64,000 nucleotides of DNA from assembly GCA_029859805.1 (NCBI GenBank), contig JAOUCL010000001.1, forward strand, positions 1,300 through 65,299, given 5' to 3'. Position numbers and translations under genes: made by a program. The notes beneath the pieces are model-generated. The model worked only from the letters and a program-made list of their open reading frames with translations. It was not told the DNA's origin and searched no databases. Shown here one piece after another: positions 1 through 11,693 of the stretch (positions are counted from its first letter, which is position 1; the number at the start of each line of letters is the position of its first letter). The stretch comes from Rhodospirillales bacterium (GTDB lineage Bacteria; Pseudomonadota; Alphaproteobacteria; Kiloniellales; JAKSDN01).

Positions 1-432
1 GTTGAACGGCATCGACAGCATCTTGCCGTCCGTCGTCGTGTAGTAGCCGGTCACCGCCCCCAGGTAGTCGTCGGGATCGAAGGGCGCGCCGGTCTCGGCC
101 ATCAGCTCGTGGACCGGCTTGATCGCCCCCTTGGCCCCCATCATGGTCGCCGTGCCGACCTCGAAGACCTGCAGGATGTGGGGCGGCTTGCCGGCCCGGA
201 ACGCGGCGATGCCCGCCGTCACGGTCTCCGTGTAGTTGCCCTTGTTCACCGGAACCAGCTTGTACTCGGACTGGGACCGGTTGAAGTTGTCGGCGATCTC
301 CACGACCCGCTCGCCGAGCGCGCCGCCCATGGCGTGCCACCACTGGATCTCGGTCTGCGCGGAGGCGGTGCCGGCCCCGCCCCCGATGGCCAGCGCCACG
401 GCGGCGGCGATCAAACTGCTTCTTCCTGTCAT
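1..432 (-). CDS. ugpB: sn-glycerol-3-phosphate ABC transporter periplasmic binding protein, N-terminal part (gene runs off the window start)
   Basis: Manual minus-strand translation from ATG 432-430: MTGRSSLIAAAVALAIGGGAGTASAQTEIQWWHAMGGALGERVVEIADNFNRSQSEYKLVPVNKGNYTETVTAGIAAFRAGKPPHILQVFEVGTATMMGAKGAIKPV... This is a signal peptide plus close resemblance to the E. coli UgpB N-terminus. It is absent from the ORF track because it is open at the edge. Confidence 0.8.
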   Translation of the reverse strand, partial: MTGRSSLIAAAVALAIGGGAGTASAQTEIQWWHAMGGALGERVVEIADNFNRSQSEYKLVPVNKGNYTETVTAGIAAFRAGKPPHILQVFEVGTATMMGAKGAIKPVHELMAETGAPFDPDDYLGAVTGYYTTTDGKMLSMPFN

Positions 433-670
433 TGGACTCCTCCCTCGTTGGCGACTCACGTCACCTGCCTCTATCGGCCCCCACCATAGGAGTCGACCAC
501 GCTCGCTTCGTTGCGGGAATGTTAAGCCCTTATGACAGGCGCTGTCACCCCAACCCATACCGACCCGACCGAATTCGACCTTTCACGTCCGGCGCGCAAG
601 CTTCGGATAGAGGGATCGCGTCTTCCCCACTACATGAAAGCCGGTCACAATGAGATGGAGGAACGCGACG

Positions 671-1546
671 ATGACCCCGGAGAGCGCCATGGCGGCCAGG
701 AACACGGCCCCCGCACACCACGTGGACCTGGTCCGCCGGGCCTGTGCCTACATCGACGGGCAGGACGGCGAGCCGGTGACCCTGGCCGAGCTGGCCGGCC
801 ACCTGGAAGTCAGCCCCTGGCACCTGCAACGCCTGTTCAAGAAGGCCACCGGGGTCAGCCCGCGCGACTATGCCGACGCCAGGCGGGCAGCGCGCTTCCG
901 CGCCGGGTTGAAGCGCGGCGAGTCCATCGCCGGCGCGACCTACGAGGCCGGCTACGGCTCGTCCAGCCGGGTCTACGAGGGCGCCCGCCGACAGCTCGGC
1001 ATGACGCCGGCCTCCTACGCCAAAGGCGGCAAGGGGGCGGAGATCGTCTACGACGTCGTCGCCGCGCCGCTCGGCCGGCTTCTGGTCGCCGCCACGGCCC
1101 AAGGCGTCTGCTTCGTGTGCCTGGGCGAGCGGGATGAACCGCTGGTCCGGGCCCTCCAGGCAGAGTTTCCGGCCGCCCGGTCGGTCGTCCGCGACAGCGG
1201 ATCCATCGGCCCGGCGCTGGAGCTTCTGGTCGCCTATCTCGCTGGCGAGACGCCGCACCTCGACCTGCCGCTCGACGTCCGCGCGACCGCGTTCCAACGC
1301 CGCGTGTGGCAGGAGCTGATCGCGATCCCCTACGGTGAGACCCGCAGCTATGCCGAGATTGCGAAACGACTCGGCCTGCCCCGGGGACAGCGCGCGGTGG
1401 CGCGGGCCTGCGCCACCAACCCGGTGCCGCTGATCGTGCCCTGCCACCGGGTGCTGCGCCAGGACGGCGCGCTCGGCGGCTACCGCTGGGGTGTCCGGCG
1501 CAAGGAGGCCCTGATCGCCACGGAAGCCGGCCGCGCCAACAAATAA
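671..1546 (+). CDS. ada: AraC-type HTH fused to methylated-DNA-protein-cysteine methyltransferase (Ada-like, no N-terminal Zn methylphosphotriester domain)
   Basis: ORF 650..1546. The N-terminal half is an AraC HTH (LAELAGHLEVSPWHLQRLFKK...GYGSSSRVYE). The C-terminal half is MGMT with the PCHRV active site (NPVPLIVPCHRVL). ATG 671 has GGAGGA 8 nt upstream; 650 is an alternative start. Confidence 0.8.
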   Translation: MTPESAMAARNTAPAHHVDLVRRACAYIDGQDGEPVTLAELAGHLEVSPWHLQRLFKKATGVSPRDYADARRAARFRAGLKRGESIAGATYEAGYGSSSRVYEGARRQLGMTPASYAKGGKGAEIVYDVVAAPLGRLLVAATAQGVCFVCLGERDEPLVRALQAEFPAARSVVRDSGSIGPALELLVAYLAGETPHLDLPLDVRATAFQRRVWQELIAIPYGETRSYAEIAKRLGLPRGQRAVARACATNPVPLIVPCHRVLRQDGALGGYRWGVRRKEALIATEAGRANK

Positions 1547-1595
1547 CCGGCGCTCCGGTCTTGTCCGGATTTCATCCCCAAGCTATACAATATGC

Positions 1596-2303
1596 ATGGC
1601 AAGGGAGCGTTCGAACCTCAACATATTGAAGCTGAAGGGCTTGGATCTGCCGCTGACCGTGCGCCGGAACCCGCGTGCCCGGCACCTGACGCTGCGGCTC
1701 GACCAGGCGAGCGGCGGGGTGCACCTGGCGCTGCCCCGCGGCGTGGCGCTGGCCGAGGGCCTGGATTTTGCGCGCAGCCGTTCGGACTGGATCCTGGCCC
1801 AGCTTGAAACCCTGCCGCCCCGCGTGACCTTTGCCGCTGGGGCGCAGGTGCCCTATCTCGGCGAGGCCCACGTGATCCGGCACGCCCCCGGCGCGCGCCG
1901 CGGCGTGTGGCGGGAGGCCGGCACGATCTGGGTCTCCGGCTTCGCCGAGCACCTAGCGCGGCGGGCCACCGACTTCCTCAAGGGCGAGGCGCGGCGCGAG
2001 CTTTCCGGCCGCGCCTGCGATAAGGCGGCCGGTATCGGACGCCGGGTGTCCCGGGTCAGCATCCGCGATACCCGCAGCCGCTGGGGCAGCTGCTCCAGCG
2101 ACGGCGAGCTCAACTTCTCCTGGCGCCTGATCCTGGCCCCGGAAGCGGTGCTCGACTACGTGGTCGCGCACGAGGTGGCGCATCTGGTCCACCTGAACCA
2201 CGGGCCGCAATTCTGGGCCCTGGCCGCCACCCTGACCGCCGAGGTCGCCGGCCCCCGGCGCTGGCTCCGGGAGAACGGCGGCAGCCTGCTGCGTTACGGC
2301 TGA
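1596..2303 (+). CDS. YgjP/DUF45-type (M48/SprT-like) zinc metallohydrolase
   Basis: 235 aa with an HExxH motif (VVAHEVAHLVHLNHGPQFW) and an RWGSCS motif typical of the DUF45/YgjP family. Confidence 0.7.
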   Translation: MARERSNLNILKLKGLDLPLTVRRNPRARHLTLRLDQASGGVHLALPRGVALAEGLDFARSRSDWILAQLETLPPRVTFAAGAQVPYLGEAHVIRHAPGARRGVWREAGTIWVSGFAEHLARRATDFLKGEARRELSGRACDKAAGIGRRVSRVSIRDTRSRWGSCSSDGELNFSWRLILAPEAVLDYVVAHEVAHLVHLNHGPQFWALAATLTAEVAGPRRWLRENGGSLLRYG

Positions 2304-2306
2304 CGA

Positions 2307-2744
2307 CTACTCGGAATTCCCGATGCCCGGCACCCAGACGTAGCCGTCCGGATCGGCCAGGAAGCATTCGCGCAGGCCGTGCGGCTTGTCCGCCGAGTCC
2401 GCCAGCACCGTATCACCCCGGGCCCGCGCCCGCGCCTCGGCGGCGTCCGGGTCGATGCCGTAGAGCCTGAGCTCCGCCCCCGCGCCGCGGATCGCGCCGT
2501 CGCCGGTCAGCGCCAACAGTGGATGGTCGCCATAGGTGTGGTCGGCGTGCAGCATCCACTGGGCCCCGCCGTGAGCGAGCACGGCAAAATCCGGATCCTG
2601 ATAGGCCAGCTCGACCCCCAGGACCTCGATCTGGAAGGCGACGGCGCGGGCCACGTCGCTGACCAGCAGGTTGACGCCGAAACCGCGCAGCGACCGCCCG
2701 TAGTCGGGGGCGGACATGAAGGGCTCGCCGGACCGCTTTTTCAT
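2307..2744 (-). CDS. VOC (glyoxalase/bleomycin-resistance/dioxygenase) family protein
   Basis: Track ORF 2307..2900 trimmed to MKKRSGEPF (AAGGAG RBS upstream). VOC-like repeats are visible (FGVNLLVSDVARAVAFQIEVLG...ECFLADPDGYVW). Confidence 0.6.
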   Translation of the reverse strand: MKKRSGEPFMSAPDYGRSLRGFGVNLLVSDVARAVAFQIEVLGVELAYQDPDFAVLAHGGAQWMLHADHTYGDHPLLALTGDGAIRGAGAELRLYGIDPDAAEARARARGDTVLADSADKPHGLRECFLADPDGYVWVPGIGNSE

Positions 2745-2838
2745 GGTTCGCTCCTTGGCGTCTTTCTCCGACCCGACTATAACCGGTCTTGGCGGCCGGA
2801 CGTAAAGGGCCACTTTCCAACAGCGGCAGGGGTCCATC

Positions 2839-4038
2839 GTGCGTCCCGACAATCTGGCCGTCGCCGTGCTGCTGACCGCGCTGGTCGCCTTCGGCGCCAT
2901 CTCGACCGATCTCTACCTGCCGTCCCTGCCGGCGATCGCCCGGGCTTTCGCGAGCGATACCGCCGAGGTCCAGTTGACCCTGTCGGTCTTCCTGGCGGGT
3001 TTCGCCGCCAGCCAAGTGGTCTATGGGCCGTTGTCCGACCGTTACGGCCGGCGCCCGGTCTTGATCGCGGGCCTCGGGCTTTACGTCGCCGCCAGCCTCG
3101 CCTGCATGGCGGCGCCCGATATCGGCTTCCTGATCGCCGCGCGGTTTCTCCAGGCCCTGGGCGCCTGCGCCGGGGTCGTGCTCGGCCGGGCCGTGGTGCG
3201 CGACGTCTACGGCCGCGAGCGGGCGGCCAAGGCGCTCTCTTATATGAGCATGGCGATGGCGCTCGCGCCCGCGCTGGGGCCGATTCTCGGCGGATACCTT
3301 CAGGTCTGGTTCGGCTGGCGCGCCAATTTCCTGGTGCTCGCCAGCTTCGGCGCAAGCTGCCTTCTGGCTGTCTTCCTGCTGCTGCCGGAGACCAACCCGT
3401 CGCGCGATGCCGCCGCGACCCGCGGGGCACAGATGTTGCGCAACTACCTGACCTTGGCGAGGGACCCGGCCTACGTCGGATACGTCCTGGTCGGCGCCTT
3501 CGCCTACGGCGGCATCTTCGCCTTCATCTCCGGATCGTCCTTCGTGCTGATAGATGTCCTCGGGCTGTCTCCCGACCGCTACGGCCTGTGCTTCGGCGCC
3601 GTCGTGGTCGGCTACATGATCGGCACCTTCGCCTCGGGCCGCCTGTCGCTGGCCGTGGGTCTGGACCGCCTAATCCTGACCGGCACCCTGGTCGGGCTTG
3701 CCGGCGGCGTCTTGGCGCTGGGTCTGGCGCTGTCCGATGTGCTCGGGGTCGCCGCGGTCGTGGCCCCGACATTCCTGTACCTGATCGGCGCGGGCCTGAT
3801 GCTGCCCAACGCCATTGCCGGCGCGATCGGCCCCTATCCGACCATGGCGGGCACGGCCTCCGCCTTCCTGGGCGTAGTGCAGATGGGCCTGGCCGCCTGC
3901 ATCGGCATCGCCGTAGGCCACCTGCACGACGGCACGGCACGCGGCATGTTCGCCGCGACCGCGGCGGTCGCGGCGGGTGCCCTGGCCTCCTACCTGCTGC
4001 TGGTCCGCCGGGATGGACAAGCGGTGCGCGGCGTTTAG
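2839..4038 (+). CDS. MFS drug-efflux transporter, Bcr/CflA subfamily
   Basis: 399 aa with 12 predicted TM segments. Typical Bcr motifs are present (STDLYLPSLPAIA, GPLSDRYGRRPVL). GTG start. Confidence 0.8.
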   Translation: MRPDNLAVAVLLTALVAFGAISTDLYLPSLPAIARAFASDTAEVQLTLSVFLAGFAASQVVYGPLSDRYGRRPVLIAGLGLYVAASLACMAAPDIGFLIAARFLQALGACAGVVLGRAVVRDVYGRERAAKALSYMSMAMALAPALGPILGGYLQVWFGWRANFLVLASFGASCLLAVFLLLPETNPSRDAAATRGAQMLRNYLTLARDPAYVGYVLVGAFAYGGIFAFISGSSFVLIDVLGLSPDRYGLCFGAVVVGYMIGTFASGRLSLAVGLDRLILTGTLVGLAGGVLALGLALSDVLGVAAVVAPTFLYLIGAGLMLPNAIAGAIGPYPTMAGTASAFLGVVQMGLAACIGIAVGHLHDGTARGMFAATAAVAAGALASYLLLVRRDGQAVRGV

Positions 4039-4041
4039 GGC

Positions 4042-6006
4042 CTAGCGATCGTCGATCCGGTTGCGCCTGTCCCAAGGCCGGGTTGGTTCCGTCTCCGTGC
4101 CGCCGCTCAGGCGGCGCAGGATGCGGGAGATGAGGCCGCCTTCGTTCTCGGCGACCACCACGTCGCCGCCGGGCAGCGGGCTGGCCGGCACGCCCGCCAG
4201 GCCTCGGGCCATGACCCGGCCCCACAGCCGCGCCGGGAGGTTGCCGCCGGTCACGTTCTTCATCGGCGTCTCGTCGTCGTTGCCGAACCAGGCACCGGCC
4301 ACCAGGTCGGCGGTATAGCCGACGAACCAGGCGTCGCGGAATTCCTGGCTGGTTCCGGTCTTGCCGGCCGCGGGCCTCTTCTGCCGGGCGGCCTTGCCGC
4401 TACCCCATTCGACCGTCGCGCTCATGAGATCGGCCATCTGGTTGACCGCCTCGGGCGCGACCACCTGGCCGGGACCGTCGCCGGATCGCCGGTAGAGGAC
4501 GCGGCCGGAGGCCTCGCGGATTTCCGAGATCGCATGGGGCCAGACGCCCGAGCCCCGATTGGCGAAAACGGCATAAGCCGCAGTCAACTCCAGGAGCGTC
4601 ACCTCTGAGGTGCCGAGGGCGATGCTGGGCGTGGCTTCGAGTTTCGAGGTGATGCCGAGGCGCCGGGCGGTGGCCGCGACCGTCTCGGGCCCGACCTTCT
4701 GCAGGACTTTCACGGCGACCGAGTTGAGCGAGCGGGCGAAGGCCTCGCGCAGGGTGACCTCGCCGTAATAGCGGTCGTTGTAGTTCCTGGGTGCCCAGCC
4801 GTCGACCTCGACCGGCGAATCGACCAAGCGGTCCTCCGGGTCCAGGCCCTTCTCGAAAGCCGCTAGGTAAGTAAAGGCCTTGAAGGCGGACCCCGGCTGG
4901 CGCAACGCCTGGACCGCCCTGTTGAACTGGCTTTCGCCGTAGTCGCGGCCGCCGACCATGGCGCGCACGGCCCCGCCGGGGGTGAGCGCCACGAAGGCCG
5001 CCTGGCCCGCCCCGAGTTCGCTTCCGGGACCGTCGAGCAGGCCGACCAGCTCCTTCTCCGCGATCTGCTGCAGGCGGGGATCGAGCGTGGTCACAATGAC
5101 CAGGTCCCGGGCGGTCTGGCCCACGTAACCGGCCACCTGGTTGAGCACCCAGTCGGTAAAGTAGCGTGCCTGGCCGATGGCGAGCACCCGGCTGCTGCTC
5201 TTCTTCTTCAGCGCCGCCTCGGCCTCGGCGGCCGAGATGAAACCCGCGTCCACCATAGCGCCCAGCACGAGCTGGGTGCGCAGGTCGGCGCCGCCGGAAT
5301 TGCGCGCCGGATTGTAGCGCGAGGGGGCCTTTAGCAGCCCGGCGAGCAGCGCCGACTCGTAGAGGCTCAGGTCCTGGACGGGCTTGCCGAAATAGCGCCG
5401 CGCGGCGGCGTCGACGCCGTAGTTGCCGGCGCCGAAATAGACCCGGTTCAGGTAGAGGGTCAGGATCTGGTCCTTGGTGAACTTGCGCTCCAGCCAGAAG
5501 GCCAGCAGCAGCTCCTGGACCTTGCGCCGGATCGTGCGATCGGGGTTCAGGAACAGGTTCTTGGCGAGCTGCTGGGTGATCGTGGAGCCGCCCTGAACGA
5601 TCCGTCCAGCGCGCAGGTTGGCCAACATCGCCCGGGCCAAGCCCCTCGGGTCCACCCCGAAATGCTCGTAGAACCGCCGGTCCTCGACGGCGATCAGCGC
5701 CTGCCTCAGAGCCGGCGGCACCTCGTGCAGGCCGATCGTCTTGCCGTGCACGTCGCCAACCGCGGCGATCTGGCTGCCGTCGGCGGCGATCATCGTGATG
5801 CTGGGCTGCCGGCCGGTCTTGGCGATGCTGGTGACCTCTGGCAGATCATAGGCGTACCAGCCGACGGCGAGCGCCAGGATCACCCCGCCCCAGATCGCCG
5901 CGACCAGGCCCCAGTTCGCCAGGCGCCAGAGCCAACCCCGCTTCTTGAGGGGCTTGGCGGAGGTAGATTTCCAGCGGATCTTGGCTTTTCGATTGCGGCG
6001 GAGCAT
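4042..6006 (-). CDS. Class A penicillin-binding protein (glycosyltransferase + transpeptidase), PBP1A family
   Basis: 654 aa with an N-terminal TM segment. GT51 motifs EDRRFYEHFG and GGSTITQQL are present. Transpeptidase motifs are SAFK (SxxK), SLN (SxN) and KTGTS (KTG). Confidence 0.85.
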   Translation of the reverse strand: MLRRNRKAKIRWKSTSAKPLKKRGWLWRLANWGLVAAIWGGVILALAVGWYAYDLPEVTSIAKTGRQPSITMIAADGSQIAAVGDVHGKTIGLHEVPPALRQALIAVEDRRFYEHFGVDPRGLARAMLANLRAGRIVQGGSTITQQLAKNLFLNPDRTIRRKVQELLLAFWLERKFTKDQILTLYLNRVYFGAGNYGVDAAARRYFGKPVQDLSLYESALLAGLLKAPSRYNPARNSGGADLRTQLVLGAMVDAGFISAAEAEAALKKKSSSRVLAIGQARYFTDWVLNQVAGYVGQTARDLVIVTTLDPRLQQIAEKELVGLLDGPGSELGAGQAAFVALTPGGAVRAMVGGRDYGESQFNRAVQALRQPGSAFKAFTYLAAFEKGLDPEDRLVDSPVEVDGWAPRNYNDRYYGEVTLREAFARSLNSVAVKVLQKVGPETVAATARRLGITSKLEATPSIALGTSEVTLLELTAAYAVFANRGSGVWPHAISEIREASGRVLYRRSGDGPGQVVAPEAVNQMADLMSATVEWGSGKAARQKRPAAGKTGTSQEFRDAWFVGYTADLVAGAWFGNDDETPMKNVTGGNLPARLWGRVMARGLAGVPASPLPGGDVVVAENEGGLISRILRRLSGGTETEPTRPWDRRNRIDDR

Positions 6007-6113
6007 GGAACTCTATTTAGGCGTTCGGGCACCCGCTTGCCATGTTTCCCGGTGGCCTCGGCAAAATCTGAGCGGTTGCGCCGGGGCCGGGCCTTGGCTT
6101 AGTTAATGCGCCC

Positions 6114-9058
<2,945 letters not shown>

Positions 9059-9076
9059 TCAAGGTCATGTCATAAA

Positions 9077-10297
9077 TCATGCTGCCCGGGTGACACGGGC
9101 ATCACGCACCAGGAAGAACTGCGCCGCGCCGCGCAGGCCGTCGAACAGCGCGGCGTCGGTGCCAGTCATCCAGGCCTGTGCGCCCAGCGCCAAAAGCTCT
9201 TCGAACAGGGCCGCGCGACGCTGCTCGTCCAGGTGTGCGACCACCTCGTCGAGCAACAGGACCGGGGCCGCCCCGCGGTCCAGGGTCAGCAGGCGCGCAT
9301 GCGCCAGGACAATGGAAATGAGCAGCGCCTTCTGCTCTCCGGTCGAACACAGCCCGGCGGCCAATCCGGTCTCCAGGTGCCGTACCGCCAGATCGCTGCG
9401 ATGCGGGCCGCTGGTCGCGCCTCCGTTCTCGGCATCCTGGGCTCGGCCCGCTTCCAGGCGCTCGCGCAGCCTGTCCTCGCTCTCCAGCGCGGAAAGCTCG
9501 CCAAGCCAGCTCTCGACCTCGCCGACCAACCCCAACTCGGCGCGGGGAAAGGGTCCGACACCGGCAGCACAGGCGCCGGCCAGCCGGGCCATGAGATCGC
9601 GCCGGGCCGCCGCGACGGCCACGCCATAGCGCGCCACGGACTCCTCCAGCGAGGTCAGCCAAGCCGCGTCGCCGCGGCCCGTTCTGAGCAGCCTGGCACG
9701 CTCGCGCAGCACCTGTTCGTAAGCGGCAACCCGCCCGGCGTGGGTCGGGTCGAAGCCATAGACTAGCCGGTCCAGGAAGCGCCGCCGGCCCGAGGCCGCG
9801 TCGCGAAACAGCCCGTCCATCTGTGGCGTCAGCCATACGACATTGAACACCTCGCCCAGCGCCTGCTGGCCCCGAACAAAGGAGCCGTCGACCTTGACCA
9901 GCCGCCGGTCCCGTCCGGCCATCTCGCGCGCCGGGTCGCGGCCGGTCCCCAGATCACACGGTCCCTGCGGGCCCATGACGCGGGCCGAAACCGCCCAGAC
10001 CCGGCCAGCGGCGGTCTCGCCCGGGGCCAGCCGGTCGATCTCGCCCAGCCGCGCCCGCCGCAGGCCCCGGCCCGGCGACAGAAAGGAAACGGCTTCCAGA
10101 AGGTTGGTCTTGCCGGCGCCGTTGGGGCCGGTCAGAATCAGGGGCCACGGCTCGGCCTCCAGCGAAATTTGCGCATAGCACCTGAAATCGCTCAACGTCA
10201 GGCGGGCCAGCCATAACGCGGCGGCCGAGGTTCCAGGGGGCGTGCTGGCCTCGGCCTCGGCGGTATCTGGTTTCGCTGAGTATATCCAGTTCACCAA
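9077..10297 (-). CDS. recF: DNA replication/repair protein RecF
   Basis: 406 aa with Walker A GPNGAGKTNLLEA, signature SxGEQK (STGEQKALL) and Walker B LLLDEV. It sits in the position dnaN-recF-gyrB. The N-terminus is about 25 aa longer than typical, so the start is uncertain. Confidence 0.92.
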   Translation of the reverse strand: MVNWIYSAKPDTAEAEASTPPGTSAAALWLARLTLSDFRCYAQISLEAEPWPLILTGPNGAGKTNLLEAVSFLSPGRGLRRARLGEIDRLAPGETAAGRVWAVSARVMGPQGPCDLGTGRDPAREMAGRDRRLVKVDGSFVRGQQALGEVFNVVWLTPQMDGLFRDAASGRRRFLDRLVYGFDPTHAGRVAAYEQVLRERARLLRTGRGDAAWLTSLEESVARYGVAVAAARRDLMARLAGACAAGVGPFPRAELGLVGEVESWLGELSALESEDRLRERLEAGRAQDAENGGATSGPHRSDLAVRHLETGLAAGLCSTGEQKALLISIVLAHARLLTLDRGAAPVLLLDEVVAHLDEQRRAALFEELLALGAQAWMTGTDAALFDGLRGAAQFFLVRDARVTRAA

Positions 10298-10319
10298 TCG
10301 TCTGGCGACTCAAGCTAGC

Positions 10320-11438
10320 TCATACCCGCATGGGCATGAGCACGTAGAGAGCGCTCGCATCCTCGACGTCGCGCACGATCGTCGGCGAGGCCGCGTCGGA
10401 CAACGCAAACTCGGCCTTGTCGCCCTCGATCTGCTGGGCGATGTCCAGCAGGTAGCGCGAGTTGAAACCGATTTCCAACGGCTCGCCGCCATAGGCGACC
10501 TCGATCTCCTCAATGGCGCTGCCGCTCTCCGGACTGGTCGCCGACAAGGTCAGGCTGCCGTCGCCAAGCGACAGCTTGACCGCCCGGCTCTTCTCGGTCG
10601 AGATAGTCGACACTCGGTCCACGGCGGCGGAAAAGGTTCGGCGGTCGACCCCCATGATCTTGTCATTGCCCGCGGGAATGACGCGCTCGTAGTCCGGGAA
10701 GGTGCCGTCGATCAGCTTGGACGTGAGCTCGGTGGAATCGAAGGCGAAACGAACCTTGGTATCCGACAGCGAAACCTGCACACCCTGGTCGCTCTCCTCG
10801 ATCAACTTGCGCAGCTCGCCGACGGTCTTGCGCGGCACGATGACGCCCGGCATGCCCTGGGCCCCTTCCGGCAGGGGCATCTCGAAACGGGCCAGCCTGT
10901 GGCCGTCGGTCGCCACGGCGCGCAGCAGCGGCGGCGCGCCGTCCTCGGCGCCATGCAGGTAGATGCCGTTCAGATAGTAGCGCGTCTCCTCGGTCGAAAT
11001 CGCAAAGCGCGTGCGATCGATCAGGTTCTTGATCTCGCCCGCCGCCAAGGCAAAGCTCAGCGGCAAGTCCTCCGCACCGGACGTCGGAAAGTCCTCCTTC
11101 GGCAGCGTCGCCAGCGTGAAGGTCGAGCGGCCGGAGCTCAGTTTCAACTGACCGGCTTCGCCACTCGCCGCAAGCTGGACCTGGGCGCCGTCGGGCAGCT
11201 TGCGAACGATATCGTAAAGCGTGTGCGCCGGTGCCGTCGTCGCGCCCGGCGCCGCCACTTCGGCAGTCGCCTGCTCGACGATGGTGAGGTCCATGTCGGT
11301 CGCGGTCAGCTCGAGCCGGCCGTCACCCGCCTCGACCAGAACGTTGGCCAGGATCGGTATGGTGTTGCGGCGCTCCACAACGCTTTGCACGTGGGCCAGT
11401 GATTTGAGGAGCGCCGCGCGTTCAATCGTCAGCTTCAT
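10320..11438 (-). CDS. dnaN: DNA polymerase III beta sliding clamp
   Basis: Track ORF 10320..11576 trimmed to MKLTIERAALLKSLAHVQSVVERRNTIPILANVL (372 aa). It has a typical beta-clamp N-terminus and the C-terminus YVLMPMRV. Confidence 0.95.
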   Translation of the reverse strand: MKLTIERAALLKSLAHVQSVVERRNTIPILANVLVEAGDGRLELTATDMDLTIVEQATAEVAAPGATTAPAHTLYDIVRKLPDGAQVQLAASGEAGQLKLSSGRSTFTLATLPKEDFPTSGAEDLPLSFALAAGEIKNLIDRTRFAISTEETRYYLNGIYLHGAEDGAPPLLRAVATDGHRLARFEMPLPEGAQGMPGVIVPRKTVGELRKLIEESDQGVQVSLSDTKVRFAFDSTELTSKLIDGTFPDYERVIPAGNDKIMGVDRRTFSAAVDRVSTISTEKSRAVKLSLGDGSLTLSATSPESGSAIEEIEVAYGGEPLEIGFNSRYLLDIAQQIEGDKAEFALSDAASPTIVRDVEDASALYVLMPMRV

Positions 11439-11485
11439 GATTCTCTGGGGCAAATTTCGGGTCTGTGCAGTCCATCGACAACCGA

Positions 11486-11518
11486 CCGATTCACGGCCGC
11501 AAAGCGCCCGTGAATCGG
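11486..11518. promoter_or_regulatory. 11-bp-stem inverted repeat carrying two GANTC motifs in the dnaA-dnaN spacer
   Basis: CCGATTCACGG - 11 nt - CCGTGAATCGG. GATTC is at 11488 and GAATC at 11512. Two more GAATC sites lie at 11548 and 11557. Confidence 0.5.
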
Positions 11519-11693
11519 GCCATTCGACAACCACCGCACCGCCAGGAGAATCGCGCGAATCGAGGCTCCGCGACACGGTTGCGCAGTATAGCAGCCGTCC
11601 CAGCGGAAGGTAAGCTTTAAAGCCGCCCCGCGCGACCGTTCAAGGCCGCCGTAAGGGCCTCCTTAGGGGCCTTCGGCCGGGGACTGCCGCGCC

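Noticed and set aside
533-547. The 15-bp palindrome TGACAGGCGCTGTCA in the ugpB-ada divergent region.
   Set aside because: It is short, occurs once, and I can assign no regulator. It could arise by chance in 64 kb.
2379-4133. A 584-aa plus-strand ORF overlapping the MFS transporter in another frame.
   Set aside because: The product is extremely Arg/Pro/Gly-rich. The overlapping frame 2839..4038 gives a clean 12-TM Bcr-type transporter.
10320-11576. N-terminal extensions of track ORFs for dnaN, the enoyl-CoA hydratase, pnp, nusA, rbfA, trmB, corC, phoH, fur, irr, the HK and the 2-hydroxyacid dehydrogenase.
   Set aside because: The extensions are Arg/Pro-rich and lack homology to the known N-termini. 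Internal ATG or GTG codons that coincide with canonical N-termini, RBS-like purine tracts or stop-start overlaps were preferred.
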